Source: Pseudogymnoascus verrucosus
Taxonomy: Eukaryota
NCBI GenBank assembly: GCA_001662655.1
Contig: KV460233.1
DNA length: 64,000 nt
Direction: 5' to 3' (one strand)
Below, piece by piece: positions 48,175 to 60,148 of this stretch (position 1 is the first letter of the stretch; each line of letters opens with the position of its first letter). The notes below the pieces were generated by a model that saw only the letters and a program-made list of their open reading frames with translations, had not been told where the DNA came from and searched no databases. The translations under genes were made by a program, and so were the position numbers.

Positions 48175-49465
48175 TTACCATCCAGGAATCAACTCATTCA
48201 ACGCCACCGATCCACCAGTCCCCTCCATTGTTATCCGCGGGGCCTCAGCACCAACAATGGGCAGTCTACTGACACCACCTTGGCCCAATCCCACCGCACC
48301 CAACGTCGCATCCAACAGTCCAGCCTGGACAAGCACGCTCGCCTGATCCCAGTGAAGCCTCTCGGACTCCAACTTCCCGCCAACAATCTTAACCACACTA
48401 ACAAGCACAACTTCGATATACTTCCCAGTAGCTGGGACCCCCGGTAACAACCACGGGATTTCCTGGGTGTGAGTGAACGAGATCAACATCTCGTCGATGA
48501 TCTTGTCGGAGCCAACTGTGCGGGAGAGAAGGGTAGTCCGCATGTTTGCCGGATTTGACGGGATAAAGAATTCATCGTAGAAGCGGTGGAGCTCGCCCTT
48601 GCCCACGCCGCCTGTTAGGGTGGGCATGTGGACTACGGAAGGGTGAGAGGTCATTGTTCCTATCGTCTCAGTGGCGTTGCGGGTGACGAACTCATCTGCG
48701 GATCTAGTGTTAGTGAAGAACAAAAGCGAGTGCTAGAGAGAGGGGGCATCTTACGAGCAAGATGGCGCTCCCATATATCCTCCAAGTCAACATCGATGCC
48801 GAATCCTCGCCTCACACAGTCTAATGCTCTGCTCCAGGCTAGACCGGACGCAATGTGATCGTATGTGTCCCTACCATGCTCGTCGAAGCCAGCGTGGGTT
48901 CCTTGGTACCAGAAGTGAGGGTATTTGGGTGCAAACTTTTGGTTTCCAGCGAGATGGACTTGAACGCGAAGCTCTTCAGGAGGGGTAGAGCCAGGACCTG
49001 GTATCGTGTAGGGGTAGAATGCTACGATGGCACAGAGTTTACCCGGAGCCTGAAACATTTTGGGCAACAGAACAGAAGCAGCTTCGCCGTATGCTATCTA
49101 CTGTACGTTAGCAGATATATGTGGCAGGCAAAATGGTAAAAGGATGCTGAAATAGAGTGTAGAAGGCATAAAGAGAGCGGAGGGTGCCAACGAACGATTG
49201 CATAATTCTCTCCTGGCTCTAAATTGTCACCATGAGCTTCTACTGCGTATGTACTGGAGCGAGTGTCTCCATGTACGTGCTCGTAATGCACGTCAAAGCC
49301 TTCGCGCTTCCAGCGGTGGATGATTGCATGGTCGAAGGTATCGGAGGAGGCTGCAATAACCAGAAGCGGTTTGTTCGTCATGATGCTCTTGTTTATATCT
49401 CGCGGAGCTTGTTCCTCTAGATCTTGCGAGGATCTGCTCAGCCTCCTTGTGACACGCTTGAACAT
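48175..49465 (-). CDS. Dienelactone hydrolase-like / SnoaL (NTF2-like) fusion protein
   Basis: Exons 49465-49196, 49097-48755 and 48695-48175; HAGFDE, AWSRAL, DIWERHLAHEF, HMPTLTGG, ERLHWDQASVLVQ. Confidence 0.85.
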
Positions 49466-50098
49466 TGTTTAGCTGGTGGTGTGTGTTGGTGCAGCGTAAC
49501 TTCGGGTGAGATAGCTATGTGAAAGCTATAGGCTTCAGGATTCACAATTGAATGGGCACGAGATGAACTTGATCCGTGGCTCAAAGGCAGCTACGATGGG
49601 AGAGTTGTTGCGAATGAAATGGGATTTGAGTGCAAGAACACTTGAGAGCCATTTCGAAATCTAGTGTCACATCGAGGAGATGACGTCTGCCACAGTACCC
49701 CGCGTGGAGCTATAATAAACGCTGAGGGAAGGGGGGGTTCTCCATCGAAATTGAACTATCTGGGAGCCTCCGCACTTGCTTTGTTCATAATTGCAAGTAA
49801 AGAGTAACCTAAGATTTTACGCCTTAAAGACATTTCCCCTTCTCATAGTTTTGCATCAAGACGTGCTCAGAAATTGTCTACAAGAATAACCTGGCGACGT
49901 CAAATCGTCATAAGTCGGCGCTTACCATTAACCGCGAGAAAGTACTGAGTACCTCCAGTGGGGTCCCGCACCACCTCTCGGCAGCCTCGCTGTGGATTAT
50001 TGTCAGCCTGCTGCGCTCTCCCACAAGGCATTTTCCAACTCAGTGCGACTCATACAACTACACACTATCTGCCATATCACGCATACCTCTCGCCCAAG

Positions 50099-50564
50099 AT
50101 GTTAATCAAGTAAGCCTCAATATACGAACGCCAGGAGAAAGCGGGAAGCCAAGGACTCAACTGACACACGATGCAGGGTCCGGACACTCACAGGGAAGGA
50201 GATCGAGTTAGATATCGAAAACGATTACAAGGTACTATTACGTGCTCTGCCTCCTTCCCACCGGTATCGTGTTGCGATACTCACGCCGTGATTTGGGCTC
50301 CCACCAAGCTAACGCCGTCTCAAGGTCTCCCAGATTAAGGAAAAGGTTGAGGAGAAGGAGGGGATTCCACCTGCGCAACAACGCCTGATTTACGGAGGCA
50401 AGCAAATGTATGTGTTCGGTCCTATGGATCCTGGGATAGACGGCGCTGCAGACAACATGCTGACAATGTAATGACATAGGGTTGACGACAAGACGGCTAC
50501 TGAATACAACCTAGAAGGCGGCGCAACATTGCATCTGGTCCTTGCTCTTCGTGGTGGTAACTAA
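50099..50564 (+). CDS. NEDD8: Ubiquitin-like protein NEDD8/Rub1 precursor (77 aa, 4 exons)
   Basis: Exons 50099-50109, 50177-50231, 50325-50407 and 50480-50564 give [77 protein letters not shown]. Ala72 (LALRGG) is diagnostic of NEDD8. Confidence 0.96.
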
Positions 50565-50830
50565 GATGCATTGCATGGAGGAGGGATAGCACTCTCTACT
50601 TGGCACAATGGTGAATGGACGTTGGATTGCGGAGAAGGAGGCGGAGTGAGCACGCTGCCAAAGCACGCTTCCACGAACGTAACCCAACGGCCGACCTTCA
50701 GACGAATATGAACAGATAATAGTCGATTATAAATAGAGCGGCTTTTTGACCAACTGACAAGTCTTATACATTTTGATATTTATACAGCAAGCGCTCAGAA
50801 TACAGTGGAGATTTCCCTTCCGCTCTCACA

Positions 50831-51890
50831 TTACTTCTTCGTCTTATCCTCGTAGCTCTCAGTAACATTCAGTCCCAATCCCTCGGAATCCAGGTACACC
50901 TTGTTCTTGCCACCAGCCTCTTGTAGGATCGTAGCGATCGCGCGTGCGTTCTCGATTCTCTTCAGGTCGACGTACGAGCGGCTCTTCTTGATGGCATCAC
51001 CAATCAGCTCTGCGGAACGAGCCTCACCCTGGGCGCGGACAACCATGGCCTGCTTCTCTTGGCGGGCCTTGTCGACAACGAAGGCAGCACGCTGGGCTTC
51101 TTGTTGGGCGACCTGCTTGGCCTCGACGGCGGCAGTGAACTCGGGAGAGAAGGCGAGGTGCTAGGTTTCATCAGTACAAGAACAAGAAGCTAAGGTAGGG
51201 AAGAGTATGACATACAGTGAGGGAGACATCATCAAGCATGATGTTGAACTTGGCGGCTCTGATGGACAAGTTCTCTCTGACGAGACGGGCAACGTTCTCA
51301 CGCTGGGTAATCAGCTGCGACGCGTTGAACTGTGCCACGACACTCTTCAACACCTCGTTGACGATAGATGGGAGAACTCTCTCGTCGTAATCGGTGCCTA
51401 ATGTTCGGTAGATCTGGGGAAGGGCCTCGACTCTTGGCCTGGAAAGCACACGGCAGGTGATGTTGACCATTTGAAGATCCTTGGTGCCCGTAAGAGAGCC
51501 GATATTCCGTGGCTTCGCGCGGACGTCGAAATCTATGGGAGTCTCGAACCATGGGATCTTAATGTGTGTGCCTATGCAGAACCGGAAAGTCAGCGCGTGC
51601 TCGGATACTCAATCCCAATAGCTTCATAGGCATCGCCGGATGGACCACTGACCTTCAGCGTAGATCTCCTGCTTCACACCGCCCATTCTCGTGTACTTGA
51701 TAGCACGATGACCACCGTCGACGTTGAAAAGCGCATTGTTTGCCAGCATAGCTCCACCTCCTAACAGGACCAGAAGTCCGAGTCCAGCTCCTGCACCTTT
51801 GGGGCCGGGGGCTCCGCCCTTCTTTTGCGCATTCTGCGCCATCTTGGTGAGCTGCGACCAAGCATCGCGGGCATTTGGAGGAAGCGACAT
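50831..51890 (-). CDS. PHB2: Prohibitin-2
   Basis: Exons 51890-51653, 51571-51216 and 51160-50831; [44 protein letters not shown]. Confidence 0.93.
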
Positions 51891-52405
51891 AGTTGCGTAT
51901 TGGAGAAGGTGTTGTGGGAAATTGGTGACCGGACACTGGATGTGGTTGAGCGTTGCTGGAGAATTGTTCGAGATGTCGACGGTACTCTCCCGATACGTAC
52001 TAGCGTACTTTTACATCTCGGAATCTAAGCTAACCACCACAAAAGTTACGGCTACAGAGCAACGAAACCAGGTCTTTGTGTATTGTTGTGGAACAACGAA
52101 CGGACATACTCAATCTCTTTACTCTTTTCATCACATTTGAAGCTGGGACTAAGATATTACTTGGGATCTGTAAAGGCGAAAGTCTTCATATAGTGAGAGT
52201 TATTGCAGATATACTCCATCTCGTCCCGTCTCCTCCAACCTTTGCGCATGAGGTGAACGTGAAGATCAACTTCCTCCAAGGCATTGAATTGGCCGTTGTA
52301 TTTGACTAAAGGCTGTGCGATTCCTGTGGCCTCAGTTTTATCAAAAAGTCGCATCCCAGAAACAAACGACAGCACTTGCAGAGGTCCTTTACCTAAACCA
52401 TCACC

Positions 52406-53515
52406 ATGTCAACGAAGCCCCCGTCGAAGTCGGTATTCGTGGGCAACATTCCATACGGTATGGCTACATTTGCGCCTTGTGAATCGCATCTGCTAAGACG
52501 ACAAATAGGCCTCACAGAAGAGCAGATAATAGACATATTCAGTAGCGCGGGCAAAGTTGTTAATTTCAGACTGGTGTATGATCGCGAAACTGGTCGTCCC
52601 AAAGGCTTCGGATTCGCAGAATACCCAGATTCAGGTAGGTCGCATGTTCTCTCAGAAGATGAGCAAGTACTGACGCCCGATCCACCAGACTCTGCAGCCT
52701 CAGCAGTGCGAAACCTCAATGACTACGAAATTATGAACCGCAAGCTCCGAGTCGACTTTTCCAACGATGGCGCCGAAGACGAGACAGTAAGGCTTTATTT
52801 GAATCATATCTGAATCGCATACTGATCGTTATAACAGTCTGCGCCCACTGGCTACCAACACCCACCTCTCCCACTGAACGGAGTGCCTGTTCCCCCTCCT
52901 GGCATGGCTCCTCCGAACGGCGCAAGCACTTTACCTCCTCTGCCACAAGGCATTGACCTTCCTCCGGGACTCACCTGCCCAGACTCGATATCCCGCACGC
53001 TCAATACACTTCCACCGTCGCAACTTCTAGATGTACTTTCCCAGATGAAGTCTCTCGTCACAACAGACCAAGGCAAAGCTATTGAACTCCTCCGCCAGGC
53101 CCCTCAACTCTCCTACGCGATATTCCAGGCCCTGCTTCTCATGGGTCTCGTCAGTACCGATTCTCTTGCCTCTGTAGTGGACGCTGCAGGACCACCTCCA
53201 CAAACAGCCGGCGCGGCTCCAACTCAGGCGCCACCACCTCAGGGGCAGTACCCATCTGCTTCAGGCCCAGGATATGCGCCACCAAGTGGATACCCTGGCC
53301 CAGGGCAAATGGGCACTCCGCCTACTCATGGCATGCCATACCCACCACCACCACAACAAAGCTACCAACCACAAGCACCAGCAGCAGCTGCGCAGCCAGA
53401 TGCTGATGCTTTAATCCAGCAAGTTCTAAGCATGCCGCAGGAGTTGATCGATCAGTTAGCGCCTGCAGAGAGAAACCAGCTGTTGGCATTGAGGGCTCAG
53501 TTCATGCCTAGGTAG
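52406..53515 (+). CDS. RNA15: Cleavage stimulation factor subunit 2 / Rna15 (RRM, hinge, C-terminal domain)
   Basis: [25 protein letters not shown], hinge [19 protein letters not shown]; introns about 52458-52508, 52634-52688 and 52787-52837. Confidence 0.92.
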
Positions 53516-54091
53516 TTTTTATAGTGCAAAGCTGGGTTGAATGAAGGCAAATGTTCATGGCGTTGGGCAATTGGAACAGGGCATGGTCTGGGGCGTTGGA
53601 TGTATGGGTGGGTTGGGAAGATATCAGCGTTGTCTGTTACTCATTGGGGTAAATATTACAGATTTATTACCTCTTCATGTAACTATATGAAAGATATCAT
53701 GGTTCAGCTTCAGTTGGTGTTTTGGCATAATAGCTCGTTCATACTCGTGATTCGCAAACCAACAAAATAATTCACGTAATTAGAATCTACCACTACTTTC
53801 CTTGCCCAATATCATGAACAGCCAGGTAAAATCAACTTCTATAATACCGTGGGAAGGAGACGACGGACACTCAATCCTCTTCCCTTGTGTTTGGACAGTA
53901 ATTTCATGTGACGTAATCAGTCATGTGACTGCGTGTTTCCGGCGCGTCTTCCGAACAACTTCAAGGTGGCGACAGGACTTATCCCACTTAAGAACGTTGT
54001 TCAAATTATCTCACATGCGCAGTGGAATATGAACAGAAACAAAGTAACTCACCCAATAACCAAAGCGATGATCTGAGGATTTCGTAGGCCC

Positions 54092-57000
54092 ATGATGGGT
54101 TCCAGGCTGGAGAAGAACTCCAAGGCGACGCATAAACGCATCGCAGAGCATACCTTCAACACCGAAGAAGGCGAGGAATACACAGGCTCTGATTTCGGTG
54201 GATTTTCCGAGTACTTTCGTCGCAAGAAGATCAAGCTTCAAAATCTTGATGCGGACCTCAGGGCGCAATCTCCAGATAAGCCACCAATCTTCAGAGGCAT
54301 AGTGGCCCATGTCAATGGATATACGCAGCCTTCGCTGAACGATTTGCACAAATTGATCGTCACTCACGGAGGCGGCTTCGTGCAGTATCTTGATGGAAAG
54401 ACGTCAGCGACGCATATTATTGCGGCGAACTTGACGCCGAAGAAGGCGATTGAGTTTCGGAATTACAGGATCGTTAAGCCAGCGTGGATAGTGGATAGTG
54501 TGGCGAATGGCAAGGTGCTACCATGGCAGAGTTATAAAGTCCTGGATGAAGGGGTAGGCCAAAAGACGTTGGGGTTTGAAAAGGGGAGGGTTGTGAATAA
54601 AGTGGAAGCCAGACAGAAGGGTTATATGGACCAAATGAAGACTAGCTGGTATAACAGCCAAGTTCAGAATATTGCGGATGAGATTGACGATGAGGAGGAG
54701 GTATTGGATGTTAAAAGTACGAGGCGGACAAGTGATGGCAAGACGACATATACACATTCACAGGGTTCCCATCATCACTCACAACGTCTTGCTCACACCA
54801 AACCCAACGATGACGAAATCACAGATGAGCCCGATAATGAACTCAAGTTATCAAACACAGAGAGCTTTGATCTTACGTCTTCATTGGAGGATGCTCTAAA
54901 TGCTGCAGATTATAACGTTGTGACTTCAGAATCCACAAAGATGGAATCAGCGAAACAATCTCCCTCCGTCGATGCGATGGAGCAAGTATATGATGAAACC
55001 ACTGAAGTTCGCGAATCCACCACTGCCTTGTCCTCTCCTCAAGGCCGCAAGAGATCACACTCTGTCGAGACTACTTTGGCCAGTAAAGGAGAGAAGCCGG
55101 TCACAGCAGAAGAACACAACGCCCTGCTATTAGCTGACCCGAAAATCAGACAGTCGTCTACCGCAAATCCTGATTTCTTAAAGCAGTTCTACTCGGAATC
55201 AAGGCTTCATCATCTATCAACATGGAAAGCTGAACTCAAATCTAAATTTCAACAGATGGCCTCTGAACAAACACTTTCCCAAAAGAATAGGCTGAAACGG
55301 AAACCCGTTTCTCGACGATATGTGATGCACGTGGATTTCGATAGCTTTTTCTGTGCGGTGTCTCTTCTGGCTGCCCCAGAATATGTCGACAAACCAGCAG
55401 TTGTGGCGCATGGCAGTGGTAGTGGATCTGAAATTGCAAGTTGCAATTACCCTGCGCGAGATTTCGGCGTCAAAAATGGCATGTGGATGAAGCAAGCACA
55501 GAAGTTATGTCCAGATATCAAGGTTTTACCGTACGACTTCCCAGCCTACGAAGATGCGAGTAAGAAATTCTACGACGCTATTCTTAGCATAGGGGGAGTG
55601 GTTCAAAGTGTAAGCATTGATGAGGCTTTAATCGACATTTCGTCCCTGTGCCTTACTGCCGGCGAGTTTGGTGGTCTTGGCGGGAGTGAGGAATCCATAC
55701 GACTGGAGCAGAAGAAGGCGGATGAAATCGGCCAATCGGTACGCAATAAGATCAAAGATGCTACAGGTTGCGCCGTATCTGTCGGTATTGGGTCCAACAT
55801 CCTACTTGCTAAGGTTGCGCTTCGCAAGGCAAAACCAGCGGGTCAGTATCAGATCAAGCCAGAGGAAGTTCTGGATTTTATTGGCGAGCTTACTGTTCAA
55901 AATCTACCTGGTGTGGCTCACAGCATTGGTGGCAAGCTCGAGGAAATCGGTATCAAGTTTGTCAAAGACGTGAGGAATTCTACGAAAGACAGGCTTATGA
56001 CCGTTTTGGGACCCAAGACAGGTGAAAAGATATGGGATTATTCACGCGGAATAGACCACACTGAGGTTGGGGAACTAATTACTCGAAAATCTGTCTCAGC
56101 GGAGGTCAACTGGGGAATTCGGTTCATAAATCAGCCGGAAGCGGAGGAGTTCGTGAAGAACCTCTGTGGAGAATTACATAAACGGCTCATGATTGAGGCA
56201 GTTAAAGGGCGACAACTCACGGTGAAGATTATGAGGAAGTCGGCAGATTCTCCTTTGGATCCTGCAAAGCACCTAGGTCACGGCAAATGCGATGTTTTCA
56301 ACAAGAGTGTCAGTTTAGGTGTTGCCACAAATGCAGTTGAAATACTCGCAAAGGAAGCAATCTCACTTCTCCGTACTTTTGGGTTTTCTCCTGGGGAGCT
56401 GAGAGGACTTGGTGTTCAGATGACGAAGCTAGAACCGATAAAGCATTCAGTGGGTGGTCGACCTGATGGTAGCCAAAAAACGCTCTCATTCCCCAAACCT
56501 CCGGTCCCGAGGCCACCGCGCCATGAGATTTTAGATCCGATAGATGATCCAGAAACACCTCGAAAGTCTAAACCAACACCTAATCGACCTTATGCAGATA
56601 TCGAAGACATCGACCCTGACAGCCCACTTAAGCCAAGAGCAACACCAGTCCATCCAGCTGCAGCAATTACGAGGGCAAATGCTGCCGATCCAAGTGCGGT
56701 GAAGCCTCTTAACTTGACTGGTACCCAGTTTATTCTTCCTACACAGGTTGACCCAGCCGTCTTGGCTGAGTTACCTTTGGATATTCGATCAAGACTACTG
56801 GCTCAGAGTAAGGTTACTACACCCTCGCTGGCTTCTCCGTGGAGCAATTTATCAAGGGCAGCTTCGGAGTCACGATCCAAGGCACCAACACCAGAGCCAA
56901 ACTCTCCGTCGGCCAACTTAGTTCCTCCAGCTGCACCTCTTCCATCTCAGTTAGATCCAGAAGTCTTTGAATCACTACCTGAAGATGTTAAAGCTGAGGT

Positions 57001-57766
57001 TTTAGCTTCATATGGGTCCATTCGTGGCAACCTGCCTCAACAAAGGGTCGCTTCTCTGTCACCACGCAAGACAGGAAAGTCAAATTTACTCAAGAAGCCA
57101 ACGACTCCGACCAAAAAGCATACAAGCTTATCTGTAAAGAGTCGACATAGCAAGAGCAACTCAAACTCATCACTAGTTCAATCCAATTTTTTCACTGGCC
57201 GCAAAGCCGAATCAAGCACACGGCCTGGCGATATCGCCAACGATGCAGATGCCATTGATCCAGATTTTCTGGCTGCGATTCCGGAAGACATGCGCGATGA
57301 GATAATTGCAGAGCACAAGCGAGTTCGCCTTGCCACCCGGTCTGGTCTTGTCGCACCGAGCAAAACCAAGAAGAGACCACCAGAGCTCCCTCAGGGCCAG
57401 CGCAAATTACAACTACCTCCACGGCCTCCGAAGCCAACGTTTACTACTGCAGACATATCAGTACTACCTGATCTACGGCAGACTATCAGTCAGTGGTACA
57501 CTGAGTTCAGAAACGAGGGCCCGCATGAGGACGATGTCAAGGCCATGGAGCGGTACTTGAGACGGGTGGTGCTTGATGAGAAGGACATGGCAAAAGCCGT
57601 GTCTGTCGTAAAGTGGATGGTATGGCTAATCTATGATTCTGGCGGTGATGGGTTCCAGACGGAAATAGGAGAGAAGGGATGGAGGGACGCATTGGATGGG
57701 ATAAAGGAGCACATCCAACAGGCCGTTTCGGAACGTGGAGTTGGGAGCATTGACTTCAACTTTTAG
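54092..57766 (+). CDS. REV1: Y-family translesion deoxycytidyl transferase Rev1
   Basis: BRCT (IFRGIVAHVNGYTQP), SRLHHLSTWK, HVDFDSFF, SIDEA, UBM repeats and C-terminal domain. Confidence 0.95.
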   Translation: MMGSRLEKNSKATHKRIAEHTFNTEEGEEYTGSDFGGFSEYFRRKKIKLQNLDADLRAQSPDKPPIFRGIVAHVNGYTQPSLNDLHKLIVTHGGGFVQYLDGKTSATHIIAANLTPKKAIEFRNYRIVKPAWIVDSVANGKVLPWQSYKVLDEGVGQKTLGFEKGRVVNKVEARQKGYMDQMKTSWYNSQVQNIADEIDDEEEVLDVKSTRRTSDGKTTYTHSQGSHHHSQRLAHTKPNDDEITDEPDNELKLSNTESFDLTSSLEDALNAADYNVVTSESTKMESAKQSPSVDAMEQVYDETTEVRESTTALSSPQGRKRSHSVETTLASKGEKPVTAEEHNALLLADPKIRQSSTANPDFLKQFYSESRLHHLSTWKAELKSKFQQMASEQTLSQKNRLKRKPVSRRYVMHVDFDSFFCAVSLLAAPEYVDKPAVVAHGSGSGSEIASCNYPARDFGVKNGMWMKQAQKLCPDIKVLPYDFPAYEDASKKFYDAILSIGGVVQSVSIDEALIDISSLCLTAGEFGGLGGSEESIRLEQKKADEIGQSVRNKIKDATGCAVSVGIGSNILLAKVALRKAKPAGQYQIKPEEVLDFIGELTVQNLPGVAHSIGGKLEEIGIKFVKDVRNSTKDRLMTVLGPKTGEKIWDYSRGIDHTEVGELITRKSVSAEVNWGIRFINQPEAEEFVKNLCGELHKRLMIEAVKGRQLTVKIMRKSADSPLDPAKHLGHGKCDVFNKSVSLGVATNAVEILAKEAISLLRTFGFSPGELRGLGVQMTKLEPIKHSVGGRPDGSQKTLSFPKPPVPRPPRHEILDPIDDPETPRKSKPTPNRPYADIEDIDPDSPLKPRATPVHPAAAITRANAADPSAVKPLNLTGTQFILPTQVDPAVLAELPLDIRSRLLAQSKVTTPSLASPWSNLSRAASESRSKAPTPEPNSPSANLVPPAAPLPSQLDPEVFESLPEDVKAEVLASYGSIRGNLPQQRVASLSPRKTGKSNLLKKPTTPTKKHTSLSVKSRHSKSNSNSSLVQSNFFTGRKAESSTRPGDIANDADAIDPDFLAAIPEDMRDEIIAEHKRVRLATRSGLVAPSKTKKRPPELPQGQRKLQLPPRPPKPTFTTADISVLPDLRQTISQWYTEFRNEGPHEDDVKAMERYLRRVVLDEKDMAKAVSVVKWMVWLIYDSGGDGFQTEIGEKGWRDALDGIKEHIQQAVSERGVGSIDFNF

Positions 57767-58497
57767 ACTTTAACTTTTGCTACAGATTATGATACCCAGT
57801 TAAAAAAATATTTTCATCCGCATTACCCTAGTGTATATTTTTTCTCCAGTTCTCTGTTATATAAATTTATGCCGAATTAAATATGTGGGTTTCAGCTTCC
57901 ATAGAATTCTATAATTGAGAAAATGTTGTCGTGGCAGGTTACCATGGTGAACACACTTCATTACGCAATTATTTTCATTATACTATTATAAACATTAACG
58001 GACCCGTTTCTCCACGATCTAGCTTGCTTTAAGTCATTTCCATGTTGTCCCCAAGCTCCTACAGACCGTCATCTTATGATCCAATATCACCGTGTCTGAT
58101 ATCGGCTGTGTTCACTTTGGTGGCTTTGTCAATGTTGACGTTAAATAGTGTCTTATAGACGAGAAAATATAGCAAATACGAAGGGAAGATAATTTTCTTT
58201 GATGGCAAAAATGATACTTTCAACTTTGGTTCAAAAATTTACAATCCAGACTCTGCGGGGCAATTGTGGATAATCACATGACCGTTGCCTGGTTACCAGG
58301 CAGATAAGGCTATCTTAGCGCCGGAGCCTCTCAAAAATTGTTTCCAGAAAGTTTTCGAGGCTCGTTAAGACCCTTCCACCTTTCCTCTTCCTTCACTCAC
58401 CTCTACTCTCCCCCGTAACCTCTCAAAGTTCTATTTTTGTGATAGACTTCAATTCTTCAACCACCCACCACCCTACTTCAACTTTCCGTTTCACAAA

Positions 58498-60148
58498 ATG
58501 CCTTCCCTTACTCCAGTGCGTATTCCCCATTGTCTCAAGATCAACATTCCAAGACTTTTGGGGTTGATCTTTGGTTTCGGCGAAGAGAGACTGATTTTTA
58601 CTTCTAGGTTGCCTTCTACGGCCTTGAGGTGCCATGTGGCGATGAGATCATCCCCGCGGTCCCAGACTTCCCAGCAACTGTAAGTTGATATCCAAAAAAC
58701 AAGCTATGCGCCGTTTGCTTGTACTCTGTTCAAGCCACGCCCATAGCTTCCCTATACCTATGGCCGCAAAACTAACTATCCATTCACAGTTCCGCATTAC
58801 CATGGCTGCGATTGACCCAAGCGCACCAATTGACCCAGAGGCACCCAAGGGCAGCGTTGCGCGCGCAACTCTCAAGCTGATCCGCGAGCCGATTGGCCCC
58901 ATGGATGATGAGGATGATTCGGAGGGTGATGACGATGATGAATACATGCGTGCTCTGCTTTCCGGACCGGACTCAGAGGAGGATGAGTCGGAGGAGGATG
59001 AGGAGGCTGGACCCAGCGACCCTGCCAAGTCGAAGAAGGCCCGCAAGCAGGCTGCCCTTGAGGAGCTTTTGGCCTCGATTGACAAGGACGATTCCGATGA
59101 GGATATGGAGGATGAGCCCAAGAAGGTGAAGGGTAAGGCCAAGGCCGCTGCTGAGGATGATGATGAGGAGAATTCCGATGAGGATGATGAGGAGGATATG
59201 GAGATTGAGGAGTTTGTTATCTGCACATTAGACGCAGAGAAGAACTTCCAGCAGGCTATCGACATCACCATTGGAGAGGATGAGCGTGTTTTCTTCAAGG
59301 TCACCGGAACCCACTCCATCCACCTTACCGGAAACTACCTCATTGCTGATGAGGATGAGGGACACAACCACCACCACCGTGTCTACGACTCCGAGGATGA
59401 GGATGACGAGGATGATGAGGACTACGACCTGTCCCCCGATGAGGATGAGCTCCTTGACGATGATGAGGAGAGCGATGAGTTGGACACTCTTGACGACCCC
59501 CGCGTCCTCGAGCTTGAGGACGATGAGGAGGTCCCCGCGCTTGTCACCAAGGCTGACAAGAAAGGAAAGAACAAGCGCGCCGCTGAGGAGCCAGCTGAGA
59601 CTCTCGATGAGATCATGGAGAAGACCAGCACCAACGGCGAGAAGCTGAGCAAGAAGCAGCAAAAGAAGCTCAAGAACAACAAGGGTGAGGCTATCGCTTC
59701 CGAGGCCGCTGCCACCGACAAGGACGCCAAGAAGGTCCAATTCTCAAAGAACCTTGAGCTAGGCCCAACTGGATCCGAGGCCCCAAAGCCTGCTGCCAAG
59801 GGAAAGGCCGAGCTCGGCGTCAGGACCGTCAAGGGTGTCAAGGTTGACGACAAGAAGATTGGTTCCGGACCAGCTGCCAAGAAGGGCGACCGTGTCGGCA
59901 TGCGCTACATCGGAAAGCTCACTGATGGCAAGGTCTTCGATGCCAACAAGAAAGGCAAGCCATTCAGCTTCAAGCTCGGTGCTGGAGAGGTCATCCAGGG
60001 CTGGGACTTCGGTATTGCCGGTATGCAGGTTGGTGGTGAGCGTCGTCTCACCGTCCCCGCAAACTTGGCATACGGATCCAAGTCGCTCCCAGGCATCCCG
60101 GCCAACAGCACTCTCGTCTTTGACGTCAAGATGTTGGAGATCAAGTAG
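58498..60148 (+). CDS. FPR4: Nucleolar FKBP prolyl isomerase with nucleoplasmin-like domain (Fpr3/Fpr4)
   Basis: Exons 58498-58515, 58608-58679 and 58790-60148; AFYGLEV, acidic tracts, FKBP domain MRYIGKL...VIQGWD...IPANSTLVFDV. Confidence 0.92.
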
